Source of the DNA: the human T2T-CHM13v2.0 reference genome, Homo sapiens
Length of the DNA stretch: 64,000 nucleotides
Reading direction: 5' to 3' (one strand)
NCBI RefSeq assembly: GCF_009914755.1
Contig: NC_060927.1
Position numbers and translations under genes: made by a program. Under the pieces are notes generated by a model. That model had not been told where the DNA came from and did not search any database. It worked only from the letters and a program-made list of their open reading frames with translations. Shown here piece after piece: positions 39,251 to 52,978 of this stretch. How positions within the stretch are numbered: position 1 is the first letter of the stretch; each line of letters opens with the position of its first letter.

Positions 39251-42200
39251 GCCAGTAATTGTGCATAATGTATATGAAGAGAGAAAGAGAAAATGTGACA
39301 AAGTGTTCAGGTTTGATGGATCTGTTGAAGCTCTTTGTACTATTTTAACACTTTTCTGTATGTTTGAAATTATGTCACAATAAAAAGTGAAAATGACATG
39401 TTGGCACAAATATCTATGCAAAAGGATACTGCAAAATTTGTTTTTATGAGCAAAAGTTCATCAAGAACTAAGTGGGCATCTTTGGGAAAACTCTTAAATA
39501 AATCACATATACCCATACTAAGGGCAGCCCTTGAAAAGAATGAAATATATCTCATTCTTTACTGACCTAAAAAGTCCTTCAAAATATATTGTAAAGTGAA
39601 AAACAGCAAGCTGTGTAATAACATGCCAAGTATGATTCACATGTGTGAAAAAACACACAAAGAATATTCTCTCTGAGCGTGTATAAATTGTTAGAAAATG
39701 GGCTGGAAGGATATACATCGACATCTAAACTGTGGTTATTTTCAAGAATGAATGTTAGACTGGGGGTGGAAGTGAAAAATACAGTGAAGTAAAACTTTTA
39801 CATTTTACTGTACTTTGAATTATTTTTCAATTACTATGAACATATATATTTAGAAAAGTAGATTTTCCTTCTTTCTGCCAGATGGGAACACTGCACTAGT
39901 ATTCCTAACTGATGAATCTTGTTCATAACTTGTGCTAAGGCCCGTTCTCAGCTTTATTCACTGTGATGCTTTTTGATAGGGTTCTCTTCCTGTTTCTAAT
40001 TCATCCTTATTTGGGGTTCTTTTGTTATTTTTGTACGTATCTCTGAGGATATGAGTCCACCGAAGGCAATAGGAGAGGCCTTAAGAATGCCTTTCACTAC
40101 TTGTCACTATTTTTTTCATTGCAGCTGTGTAGAACACTAACAGCTTCAGTGTAGACCCTGTAGGCCCACCTCAGGCCATGAGACTACACCCTAACTGGGA
40201 GAAATAAATGTCACTGTCAAGTTCAAATGAAAATGTATCTTTTTTGTAGGAAAATGTGCAGCTACACACATTTTATGGTCAAAGACTGCCTTTTTCATGT
40301 TTGATTTTTCAAAATCTCACAAGGGAGAACAAAAAATGTTCTTTTTATTTATCATCTCTCCATGCTTCCTCATTAAAATGAAGAGAAGCTAACATTATAA
40401 CAGTGTTGATTAATTACAGATATGAAGCATTTAAATATGTCCCCATTTCTTCATCTAGGAACACTTGGAATGAGGTGACAGGCATTCGGGACAGTGGAGA
40501 GTGTTGTGAACTGTGGGACTGCCTTTCTTTTCTTGTAAGCAGACAGGAGAGCTGGCTACTAATTTTACTTCAGAAACTGTTCGTTTCCAAATTCTCCAAT
40601 TGGCCAGTACAGATGTGTTTTCTGAAGGTCTCCATTGCCTATTTCACTCTCTATGTTTAAAGAATGCAGAAAAGTATGAGTCTCCACCTTACTTAACTGT
40701 GTATCAGTCAAATTATAGTAATTCCTATAAATAACTCGAGTATTTGGAGTATATACAATATTCAGTTGCCTCCAGTGAGAGAAGCAGCAGAAAGAAAAAA
40801 GACAAATAAATGAAAGTAAAATTACTTATTCTTTTTGACTTCTCAAAAGTTAGAGAAAGACCGACTGCAAGAACTGGAGAAATACATGTAGTCAAGTGCT
40901 CTAAGGGATACACAATTCTCCCTTCCTCTCTCCCCAGTCCCCACCTCTTTCTTCTCCCTCCCTCCTTCCTCCCTGCCTTCCTCTACCTCAGAAAGTAATC
41001 TCATCCCTTCATCACATATTATTGAAATCCCAGTTCTTTAAAAAACTCTCATTTTTGCCCAGACTGAGAGCATGTCATTTGGAAGTGATGTGCAAGGCAA
41101 GAGATAACCAGGTAGAACTCAGCGATTCGCCACAGAAAATGGTTCCATGTTTGGCCGTAATGCTATCAGAGTCTGTCCCTCAATAGCTCTTTACTGCTCT
41201 GAGCTCAGAATCTGCTGATTCAAGACTTTGCCTGCGTGGGGAGGCGTGAGGGTGGGAGAGAAAGGGAAGCCTAGCAGTGCAGGAAGAGTTAGGAAGAAAT
41301 ATTAATAGTTCTTCCAGAACACATAAGGGGATTTTTTTTTTTTTTTACATAGAAATAGTGCCCCCTCCCCTTCTTTGCCTCTCTGTACCTCTCGTTCTGT
41401 GTCTTCATTTCATGCTGTGGTTGTGTCATTTCATGCTGTGGTTGTGTTGATTGGGAGAGAAGAATCTTCTCAGCTAGCTGCTTAGTACTAAGCAGATGCA
41501 CTCAGTTGAAAATGGTTAGCGGTTAGGGGTTAGCCAAACACGGGCAGCAGAAGTGATAAAGGTAGGTACGGATGTTTGGGTGGTGCGGTAATGGGAATTC
41601 AAAAAAATGAAAGACTTCAAATCACCCAAAAGCACATTGGAGCACACATACATTTCCATTTGTATAGGTTCCAGAGAGAATCAACACACACTCCAAATGG
41701 GCTGACAAAATAGAAACATCTAGGAATAAGTTAGATATGATTCTATTTCATTAATAATTCATCTTTCAGTTCTAATAATTTCATACAAATTCAGAGAGAG
41801 ATACCAAACTTTCATTGTCTTTGGATCCGATGGATTTTAAATGGTTATATTTTTGTTTAGCAATTATCCTCGTTTTAATGGTGCCTCTTCAACTTTTCCT
41901 TTATATGAATCCAAAAGTATTTTAAATTCATTGAATAAATAAGTTCTCATTTTTCAAAAATTTTGTTCTAGTATTGGCTTTCTAACTTTCCCTTGTGCTT
42001 AAATCATGGAGTTTTAGAGTCATGAAGACATTCATGTCCTCATTTATCAATAATGATCTTAAAAGTATAGAGGAAGCTCCATCAGAGTGAGGTAATAAAT
42101 TCACAAATTATATTTATGTTTCCACATATTTTAAAGTGCCTCATTTCACATCAGGAGGCCAGACTCTTCAATATTATTCTGTGATGATGTCTTCAATCAA

Positions 42201-43359
42201 AAGAAGGCATTAATTGAAGAAACTGATAAGGAGCTTTGTGAATTAAAGTGAACATAAAGGCATAAGCCATTAATGTTTAAACTTCTATTTATTTCTATTT
42301 AGTTGATCTTAGTTATTCAGTTATGCAAATAATTTATCTACCATTTTGGAGAGTGAGAAAGTGAAGGAGAGAGTCCAGTCTTCATTGTTTCCCCATCTAA
42401 TAAATCAACCTGATCTTAATGCTGAACTGCTTTTCATCTGGCTCTTATCTTTCCTTCCTATTCAGTCATGCTAGCACTTAGTAGCCTCCAGTACTCTTTC
42501 TTTTCTCCTACAACCTCAAACCTAATGCCAAGCCCCATCTAAAATTAAGCTCCCTCAACACATGCATATATATGCTGTGGCTAATAATTATATATATAAG
42601 GGAACTAGAATTGTGTCTGTGAATGAGAAAAATCTGTAAGTAACTTTATCCATCATCTTTCCTCTTTAACTCCTGAAAATACTCTTATATTTTGATGCGT
42701 GATTTTCACCATCTATTACTGTCAACCAGTAATGATGGTTGCAACCAAGGTGCTTGAATTTATACTCATGTGTGAATGGCATAGAATTTGTATTTCTTAC
42801 CTGGGTTGATGCTCCAGGTAATTGTCACAAAATCTGACAAAAATGGGTGATCTCATTTAAGCTAATCAATTAAAAGGTAAAACAAAAAAAGAAGCCTAAT
42901 TTATAAATACACTGGTACAACACCTTATCTATCTGTAATTATTAGGAAATTTTCAAAATTATTGAATCAATAATTTCAGTATCAAATTTATTTTACTTTA
43001 CATTTATTTTACTTCAACTGTTTAAATAAAATAGAGATCTACAATATCTTACATGCCTCTGCTTTTCTAAAATAGAGAAAAGTGAACATAAAAACTTCTA
43101 AAACATTCAAAATTGCTACTAGTATCATTAATTATTACAATCTTATTTTCAAAGAAAACTAAAAAGAAAATAAAATATGGGTGCACTAAGAATTTCTCAT
43201 GGACTAACTCCATGCCACGTCCTGTGCTAAGGCCACTTTTTCATAAGTGCCTTAAGAATAAGATAACCAGCCCCATACACTAGGAACTCCTAAGTGACCT
43301 GTATCCTCTGCTAAGATCTTCAGCAGTGTCTACATCTAGGACAATCAAAAGACTTTCAC

Positions 43360-43560
43360 CACCACTATCATTATCATCATTACCATCATTATCACCATCA
43401 TCATAGCTGGCATTTATTCCAGATAGTTACATTATCGCATTCAGTCTTCACAGCATCAACAGGAGATCTACAGTATTATTTTGCAGATGAGGCAACTGAA
43501 GTTGAAAGGGGTTTTGTAATGTCCACAAGGCCATACAGCTGAGACATTATGGAGGTAAGA
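43360..43560 (-). mobile_element. MIR with (CAT)n-rich head
   Basis: (cat)n tract then attttgcagatgaggcaactgaag (MIR core). Confidence 0.7.
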
Positions 43561-43649
43561 AAGCCTATATTCATTATCATTAAGCTATACTTACCCCGAT
43601 CCTACGAATCTACAGAGAGTTTTATCCCTGTGGTGTCTGATATTCCCTG

Positions 43650-45360
43650 AGGTAGACCCCTGACACCAGCATTTATGTCCACTTGCACATTCACTTTCAT
43701 GACCTTTCAAATTCTTCACCTCCCACCTCACCTACCTTCTATTCAAATCAGCCTCACTGCATAACTGGCCACCAATGCATCCTACCAATATGACTGTGCC
43801 CTGGGTTATGACATCTCTTTCCACTGCTCTACCCTCCAGCCTTCTCAACTTTCCTACTTCCCCACTCCCATGAAACCCTTTTCTCGCTTTCCATCCTTCT
43901 ATGCCTCTCCCTGACCTCCACTCACTGGACTCACTATCAGTTCATCTGACTTCTTCAACTTCATGAGCCCCTTCTGGAAAACTTATCCTTGATTCTTGGG
44001 TTGGCTATTTTTAACATGGCCTTCAGCCACCCCAGCTTCTCAGACTTCCTCCCTCACAAACTGCTGTTCACAGCTCTCTTCCCTTCTCCTGTTCCACGTG
44101 ATGTTTCTAAATACAAAGTCCACTTAGACTTGCATAAGAGTAAGATGCAGTCGAGAAACACTAGCCACTCTTTCCTAATATGTGATGCTTGGCAAAACCT
44201 TTATTCATTTCTTCATTTTCCCTACTTCCCAAAGTTAACACTGTAAGCCTCTTTTGTTTTCCTGGGCCCACATTTCAGGACTCTACAACAGTATACAGAA
44301 CCCTAAATCCTACTTTGAGGCTATTCAAGTTGCACCAAGTCACTTTTTGTTTTCATCCCTCAGCACCTGTGGCTGTCCACATTCATTCTCTTATCTTTCT
44401 TTTATCTCTAAGAAAAAGAGATAGTCTCTTTATTATTATTTGTACTCTCACATCTGTGCTCTGCTGCCCAAATATATCCTCCCCTTCAAGAACCTTGCTC
44501 TTCATTTATTATTTCCAGCCTCTCTTTGCAGGGCCCTTTTCTTCCAAGACACGCAGATGTCCTCAATCCTGGAGAGCACTGCTTTACTTTTTCTCTGCTC
44601 ATCCCTCTAATGACCACTCTCATTCTCTTTTTTTTCACTGCCATAGTTTTTGAATGAATGATTTTCTACCATGTGACTTTTATTCTCACCAATCTACAGA
44701 AATGGATTCTTTCTCTAAGACTCTAATAAGGGTCCCTTCTCAAATTCAGTGACCTTTTCTCTGCATCATTTTCCTTAACTTTCTGAAATAACATATTTTG
44801 TTATCCACACCATTTTTCTTACAACTCCCTCTTTTAGTTTTCCATTATCTTGCATTAGTTTGTTTGAATTCCTTCTATTTCTCTACATAGTTTTCTGTTT
44901 CTTTTACCAGTCCTTCTTTATCTTCCCACTCACTAACGGTCACTATACATAGGTCTTTAATGACCACAGTCTTTTTCTTGGATTAATTAACACTTATTGT
45001 TTCAGTTAGGCTGATAAAATAAATCCTCCTCCTCCCTCAACAGTGCACCTAACACCAGTCCCATTTCTTCCACTAGCCATAGGACAGCTCCTTAAATGTT
45101 CTCTCACAGCTCAAACTGATACACCAAAGTGTTGTTTTGCACAACAGTACACACATACACACACACACACACACACAATAAAGTCTCCATTCCTCATCAC
45201 TGTGCCCTGTTGTCATTAAGTATTGTTGGTACTACCTTTGAAAAATACCTGTCACACATCCCCTTCACGCTATTCCCAGACTAGCTCAGGCCATCAGCAT
45301 GTTGTGATTTTGTAACATCTTCTTAACTATATTCCTCTCTGATTTACTATCCAGCTCAAC
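43650..45360 (+). mobile_element. Degraded L2 LINE
   Basis: Pyrimidine-rich L2-like text (caaattcagtgaccttttctctg, tcacagctcaaac); boundaries approximate. Confidence 0.5.
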
Positions 45361-48121
45361 CTTTCCATTACAGAACACTTTATTTTACTAACAAAGTCAT
45401 TCATATTATTTTAGAAGTTTATAAAATAAAGATATAAAAAAGAAAACAATAAATCCGACTTATAAACCCATCATTAGATATAACCTCTAGTAACATTTCA
45501 ATGTATTATCAGCTTTTCATACACAGCTTTTCAATATTTTATAAAATGGCATCATATGTTGTGTTTAAAACTTAAACATGTATCATGAATATATTCAATG
45601 TCAACAAGAACCCTTCATTATTACGTCATGGGATAAAATTTACATAACCATTGGTAAACATTCAACCTGTTTTCAGCATTTAGATTTGTAAACAATACTG
45701 TGAAACACATTCTTGAAACTAAATTTTGTATACACACTTTTATTTAAGTAAAAATTTTGCGTCAGAATGGGTATTTTTAAGGCTTTTGACATAAATTGCA
45801 AAATTGCTCCTCAGAAAGGTTATAACAATTTGGAATCCCACTGTATGAAAAATCTCTACTTTCTTGGACCTCATGCACACTGGGTACCATTTTTTAAAAA
45901 TCTATCCCAGGTGAGTGAAATGGTAAATTGAAGTTGAATCTCTTTTCATATGTTTGTTAGCCATTTGGAGAAAAACCTACTAGGAAAAAAATAAAAAAAC
46001 AATTGTGTGCCTATAGTTCACATGGAAACGAGGAAAGGAGAGTAAAGAGTAGGCTAGGAAGCTAAAACAGAGATAGAGTCCTCATACAGCACAGGGTTCA
46101 GAAACACTCTAATCCCCATCAGCTCTTAATATGTAGAATATTTAAATATCTCCACTAGAGATCTCCCCTCTTCCTCCCCTTGCCAACCCAAGTAAATAAC
46201 AGCATCTAATGTTTTGAGGTAGACTATGGAGAGGCAGCACATGTGTATGTTTCTTCATTCCTTCTATTAGCTTCAAAGCACCCTTTAAAACGTGCCATTT
46301 CAATGAGAGTTATACAGCTGTCAGCTCACCGTGTCCTCTAGCTTCTGCACAACAAAAGTGAGATCTCCAGCCACATGCTCATTAGAGAATTCCACTCCAA
46401 CTAAACAAGTTGGATACACTATGAAGCTCACTGAGCAGGGTTTGACTGGTATGGAAATGTATCTGCCTTTGATCCTGGCAAAATGTGTTTGTTGGAAATT
46501 TGGGATCTGTCAGAAAAGGAGGTAGTTTTAAATGAAGGTGAGGTGAGGTTTCAAGATGCAGTCTGGGGAAGACAGAAGAATGATCAGTGTGAAGCCACGA
46601 GAAAGGCTTGGATACACTGTAAAAAAAAGAGTAGTCATTATCACCCAAAGCATTTATAGCACACCACTGTAGATATATTCAACTTTGGATGGGGTTTCTT
46701 ATTATAATTGAAGGTTTAAATTCTACCTTCTCCCTCACAGCCAGATTAGGGAGATGTTCTTAATCTTCTCTCCTAGGGGTTGCCAAAAATGATCAGGGAT
46801 TTGAAATATGACACAGCACATTGACAGAGCTATAGAAGAAGAGTTGCAATGATTTTTGTTTTTCTGAAATCTAGGATAATGACTTTTCCTTTCATCTGTA
46901 ATTCCACTTAAAACTAAAATTAAAAAATTAGATCACATACATTCTCTCAAATGTTTAGGTGTGTTTCCATTTGGTCATCCTGAGCTTTTCAATGCTAGAA
47001 TCTCAAGCCCAGAAAGGAAAGTCATTTGGCCCTGACTCCTCCTTCTACAGTTAAGGGAACAAGAAGTCCCAAGATGTGAGAATGCACTCAGTTTCCCTCT
47101 GCAACCATGTGGGGGAGTAAGGACTAGAATCCTGGCTTTGGAATCCGGATCCAGTGTTCTTTAGGACGCAGCCAATTTCCTGGCATAACATTCCAGGGAA
47201 GATTCCTTCCTTTATGGGTCTGAGACTGGAAAGCGAAGCAGAAATAAATTCCATGGATTCAGGGGCAGATTTTTTTGTAAAGAATGTCAGCTCTCTGTGC
47301 TCTCCCCTCCACTACATTCTCCCCAGGCTCCTCATTTTCTTTATCATTCCCTTCAGAGGACTGGACCTGAATCTGCTTGACTTGTAAATTAAATATCTGG
47401 AGCTGGAGTGACTATTCCCTTTAATGACTATTATTTGATTATCTTCATAACTTTACTTGTAATGCTTAAATTATTTTTAGCATTTTTAGCTCATATGTGA
47501 TTAATCTTTAATGATAATTTGACAGTTTACTGACATGTTTCTAAATGATCTGTAATTAATTTTAAAGCATAACTCATTTTTCTCTAATTGCATACTTGTA
47601 TTTACTTCATTATATGTGTTGGATTAAATATAGTAATGTTCCATTTGATCAAAACATATATTTTAAGTCTCACATTGCTGAAATGAAGTAGGGAATTTTG
47701 ACAACATACAATTACATTTTTCAAAATTTCTGAACATAAAATTTATATAAACCCTCATCCTCCAAATATATTTATTACATTCAATGCAAAAATTAAAAAT
47801 CAGAAACTCAGAACCTAAAATTCAATTCAGTCCTGAGACTAAGAACTAGGTCTTGTAGCTCTCAGCCCAATTCTCTCTCTTCTCTGTCACTTGCTTCATT
47901 TTTACTGTGATTATACAGCTGCTACCCTAAAAGTTATTGCATAGTGAAATACACTTTATTGAGGGTATGAGCTGCTAGGACTGGGGCAAGCAGCAAGAAG
48001 AGCAAGAGAGATTTAAAACAGCAACTTTGGAGAGAAGCAATAAATATTATCAATAACTAAGTCAGGAGTCAAGAGTACGATTCCAAAGAGGGCTGATACG
48101 ATGTCATCATTAAAATGTCAC

Positions 48122-48426
48122 CCCAGGACGTGGTGGCCCACGTCTGTAATCCCAGCACTTTGGGAAGCCGAGGCGAGTGGATCACTTGAGGCCAGGAGTT
48201 CGAGACCAGCCTCGCCAATAGGGTGAAAGCCCGTCAATATCAAAAATACAAAAATTAGTCAGGTGTGGTAATGCACACCTGTAATCCCAGCTACTTGGGA
48301 GGTTGAGACACAAGAATCGCTTGAACCAGGAGGCGGAGGTTGCAGTGAGCTGAGATGTACCACTGTACTTGAGCCTGCATGACAGAGCGAGACTCTGTCT
48401 CAAAAATAAATAAATAAATAAATAAA
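48122..48426 (+). mobile_element. AluS (Sx/Sz-like)
   Basis: Full dimer, (TAAA)n tail, TSD taaaatgtca(c/t)cc. Confidence 0.92.
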
Positions 48427-50942
48427 TAAAATGTCATCCTAAGCTTCTAGAGAAGGTCAAACCGACTGGGAGGAAATTCACCTTCCTATTTGCCATAGAA
48501 TTCTTCTTGTTCCCACTGCACAATAAACCCTCCTGGTGCCTGCCATTCTCACCTTTTGCAGCTGTTTCTTCCATGTATTTTTGGAATGTGGTTTGTTTTC
48601 AATGCGACTTTGCAGGCTCTGCATTTTTCAGGAACTCTTTCACAATTTCTAGTGTACCAAAGAATCTTCTTACTTTTTCCAGTATGGTTATCAAAAGACA
48701 CTCTACTAACATGTAATTTAATACAAAAATGTGTTCTCAAACAAGAATCACTAAATATTTGGTGAAACTCCACATTATGACAGCCAGTAACCTCAACAAA
48801 TGGAGAAAATGTTACACAAGAAAGCATAATTACTAGAAGTAGCATAACAGTAAACTAACTTCAATTAACTACCTCTAAAACATATTAAAAATATAATATG
48901 TGCATGTATACATACATATGTGTGCAGTAATCATTTAGAGATCATAGATACTAAAAACTAGATTGTTGAAGTCATAAATTCAATAGATGCCTACAAAGCA
49001 AAATGCACTTGGGAGAAGAACGATTAACAAGCTGGAAGTTTAAGTCAAGGAATCTTACCAGAATGAAGCAGAAATGAATAAATACATGAGTATGACAGCT
49101 AAATGAAGACACAAGGCCAAAAGTTTTATCATCTGATTAAAAAGAGTTCAAGAAAAGAAAATAAAGAAAATGTAAGGGAGTAAATTCATGAACACACAGA
49201 AAAAATTTCCAAATATTGAGAAAAAAAATGAATAAGCCCTTTTGATTAAATGGGCTTAGCAAGTATCGAGTAGAATAAAGATCCAACATGCACATACATG
49301 CACATACACACTTATTTACATCACAGTGATATTTCAGGACACCAAAGAAAAAAGAGAAGATTCTAAAATCTTTTATGGGAAATAAAAGAGTATACACAAA
49401 GGGACAAGAATAAAAGAGGAAGCAGAACATACTAGTTACAAGCTGGAGTGCATGGATTTGAAATCTGACTCTACCATTTGCAAACTACGTGACTTCAGAC
49501 AAGGTATTTATCCTCTTGCATTTTCATTTTTCTATGCATATGAATACAACAAGCCCCACGTAGCTTTGGAATTTTAAAACAAGTTGTGCTCAGTGATAAA
49601 GGGGATGTTTAATCAAGAAAACATTCATTGTCAGCCTTAATGAGATCAACATCCTCATTTTTCTATATACTGGAGAGTATATAAAGATAGTATTTCCAGG
49701 AAGCAGTTAAAGTATTCATTGAATAATATAGTTTCAATTATCCAAGTTGCTCCTCAAAGTCCTGATAATTAGTCTTAGGTAAGCTTGACTGGAATTATTG
49801 TTGTCGTTGTTGCTTGGTTTGTTTGTTTTTTACTATTGGAAGGCGTATTTGCTACTAATTTGCCTATAATTACTATAGGCAGTTTATTTAAAATCTCTAC
49901 CCCCAGTTTGCTTAACTATTGATACCAATACCTACCTTGCAGGACTCCTGTGTGGATTTAACCATTTAATGTAACATAGGCAAGTAAAGAGAGGAATGAT
50001 TGGCCCGTGATGGATGTCAGCCAAATAGCCGCTCCCTCCTATTCTCTCTCCTCATGCACAAAACAACTCATGTGCAAAGAAATTCCAAGAAAAGAGTTTT
50101 TCTTCTCCCTTTTCCATTCTTTCTTGCCTCTGACTTCTTTACTTTTGCTTCTGGGATGTGGGGTTTTTTTTCTTATAGGCATTAGTGAAAATTATTTTAT
50201 TTAGAGGTATTTAAGGTCTTAATCCTTTCTCTTCACTCGGAATTTTCAAAATGTCTAGATGGCCTTTGAAGATAGAAAAGAGCAAATATGAGACATGAAC
50301 TGAGAATCACATGCAAAGAAATAAGAATTAAATTAGGACAGTGAAGTCTGTTTCAACGTCAGTATTTTGAGTTCCAGATAAATGTAAACGTGCTTAGGCA
50401 TTATAATATGTTCCGTTGGTCTCATATTACAAACTATTTCAAGATTATTCAGAGTAAAGAATCTCCACCCCCACCCCCAGGACAGAAATGAGGCTGCTAT
50501 TCAATATTCATATGAGAAATACATGTGGGACACCCTTGACTGCAGCCTCCACATAGGACAGTCACTGGGAAGTATCTGCCCGAGGAAGATCTTCTCCCGT
50601 GTGGCACAAATGCACATTCTATTAATAAACATTCTTTGCTTTAGAACCAAAGGGAAATTCTGGCTTGAAATTATTTTGTAAAAGACAACGGTTACTGTGT
50701 GTTTCTTCTATGCCTGCATAAGTGTAACATATTTTAAGGAAAATCTTTCTTTTTAAAAAATTCATCTACAGATTAGATGTGTTAAAGGACATTCCTTACG
50801 TTGTGCAAAGATTTGCTATCGTATTCCTCTTAAAACAACCTCCCTTAAAAATGTTAATTCATCTACAAAACCACTTTACTTGCCCTATTTGCTTTATTTA
50901 CAAGAATTGGGAAGCAAAGATGAGTGAGGGTAGAATTTGGAA

Positions 50943-51218
50943 GCACTTTGGAAGGTAGAGGTGCGAGGATCACTTGAGGCCAGGAGTTTGAGACCAGTCT
51001 GGATAACATAATAGGATCCCATCTCTACTAAAAAAAAAAAAAAAAAAAAAAAAAAATTGCCAGGTGTCGTGTTGCATGCCTGTAGTCCCACCTACTCAGG
51101 AGGCTGACATGAGAGACTTGTTTGAGCCCAGGAGATTAAGGCTACAGTGAGCCATGATCACACCACAGCATGCCAGCCTGGGATGACAGAGTGAGACCCT
51201 GTCTCAATTTTTAAAAAA
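50943..51218 (+). mobile_element. AluJ, 5'-truncated, with expanded central poly(A)
   Basis: gagcccaggag, gctacagtgagccatgatc, gagaccctgtctc J-type variants; A27 linker. Confidence 0.88.
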
Positions 51219-51749
51219 ATGAATGGAAGAGTCTTTGTTCAACACGGGTTCCATAATCTCACTATGCTTAGAAATGTGTCAGCACAGAGCTTTCCCCATT
51301 CTCTCCTTCTTTCCCTGAACTATCTGTTCTTTTACCACTCTCCAAGAAAATGCAGGAGGCATTAGGAAAAGGAGCTAAATGTGGTGTCCATTTTAAGGAT
51401 ACATTTTCTTACCTTCGAAAGTGAAATTAAGGTGTTTTCACTTTTCCCTCTGCTTGAAAATTGCATCCAAATGCCAAGGAGAAAAAATAAGCAAGGAAAC
51501 AAATGTTTCCAGTGACTACTGAAGTATAACGGGGGGGGAGAGAGAGAGACAGAGAAGGAAAGCAGATGGGTAAGTAGTAAATTACTTAAGGAATGAAAAA
51601 GGTAACAAGTGAGAAGGAAGCCAATTCAACCACAGAACCCCAGAAAGGCTCAGTAAGTGTCAGATACTTCAGAAGACAGGGTAGAGGGGACCTGAAAACA
51701 GGAATTGTTTAGTCTGTATAAGGAACAGTTAGAAAGACCCGCCAAACTC

Positions 51750-51915
51750 GGCTCCTGTAGTCCCAGTTACTCAGGAGGCTGAGGTAGGAGAATGGCGTGA
51801 ACCCGGGAGGCGGAGCTTGCACTGAGCCGAGATCGCGCCACTGCACTCCAGCCTGGGCAACAGAGCGAGACTCTTGTCTCAAAAAAAAAAAAAAAAGAAA
51901 GAAAAGAAAAGAAAA
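51750..51915 (+). mobile_element. AluY right-monomer (5'-truncated) insertion
   Basis: agaatggcgtgaacccgggaggcggagcttgca; 19-bp TSD agaaagacccgc(ca/tg)aactc. Confidence 0.92.
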
Positions 51916-52775
51916 AGAAAGACCCGCTGAACTCATATCACTTAATTACATAGTCAAGTGATCAACTTTCCCATCTTTAGGGAATTGGAAGTATATTATC
52001 TGGAAAATGAGGACAAGAGAACTCCAGGCTTGGATCAGCTAGCATGGAGGAGGTAGGGGGTGAAATGCCAAACTACAATGGAAGAGTCCATTAAGTGAAA
52101 AACAGCTGAATAGGGAAACCCCTCCCCAGTGTTCTTTCCCAACCAGTTCCAGAAAGCTGTCAGCCCAGCTCATACATGCAGATAAAAGTAAACTACCCCA
52201 GAGGCAAGGCCTCACCCACATTCACAAAACTTTCGATGACTTTTTTAGAATCTCTTAAATACAAGTGAATAACAATATTTTACTGTGAAAGCAGAGGCTA
52301 AAAACTATGAAACAAACAGGAATTGGAAGGAAACAGAGACAATGCTTAGAAGAAAACTCCCAAAGACATAATAAAAACATCCTTAAAGAGAAAATATTAC
52401 ATCAATAAAATAAGAACATATTTTCAAAAAGAATAATCAGAGACGGAAAGAGATCTTAGAGATTACACATATGATTAGCCCGAATTAGAAAGCCAATAAA
52501 AAGATAAAAAAATAGAACAAAAAAGAAGAGTGAAAATGGATAAGAAAAGATGAGAAAATTTAAAAGTCACTTCTAGAAGTCCAACATACAAGTAAGGAGA
52601 ATTTTAGGACAAGAGACAGACAAGAAGGTGGAGAGAAAACTGTTTTTTTAGTACTACAAGTATGCAAAAACCAGAGGACATGAGTTTTTAGATTAAAAGA
52701 GCCTGCTCACTACCTGCCACATGAACAAAATAAAACCTGTGTTAGGGCACATTCTCATAAAATTTAATAACATAT

Positions 52776-52978
52776 CAGAGGGCTGGGGGTTGGGAGGAGG
52801 GAGAGCATCAGGAAGAATAGCTAATGGATGCTGGGCTTAATACCTAGGCGATGGGATGATCTGTACAGCTAATCACCATGGCACATGTTTAACTATGTAA
52901 CAAACATGCACATCCTGCATATGTGCCCCTGAACTTAAAATACAAGTTGGAAATCAAAAAAAAAGAAAAGAAAAAAGA
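52776..52978 (+). mobile_element. L1PA (L1PA11-13-like) 3' fragment within older L1-like sequence
   Basis: gagagcatcaggaagaatagctaatggatgctgggcttaatacctagg...cccctgaacttaaaa plus A tail. Confidence 0.85.

Noticed and set aside
41513-41533. Telomere-like ggttag repeats
   Set aside because: Only three degenerate units; too short for an interstitial telomere.
42796-42850. Possible 33-nt minus-strand micro-exon (ttttgtcag...CAG|GTAAG)
   Set aside because: Plausible splice signals, but the peptide is unrecognised and no partner exons were found.
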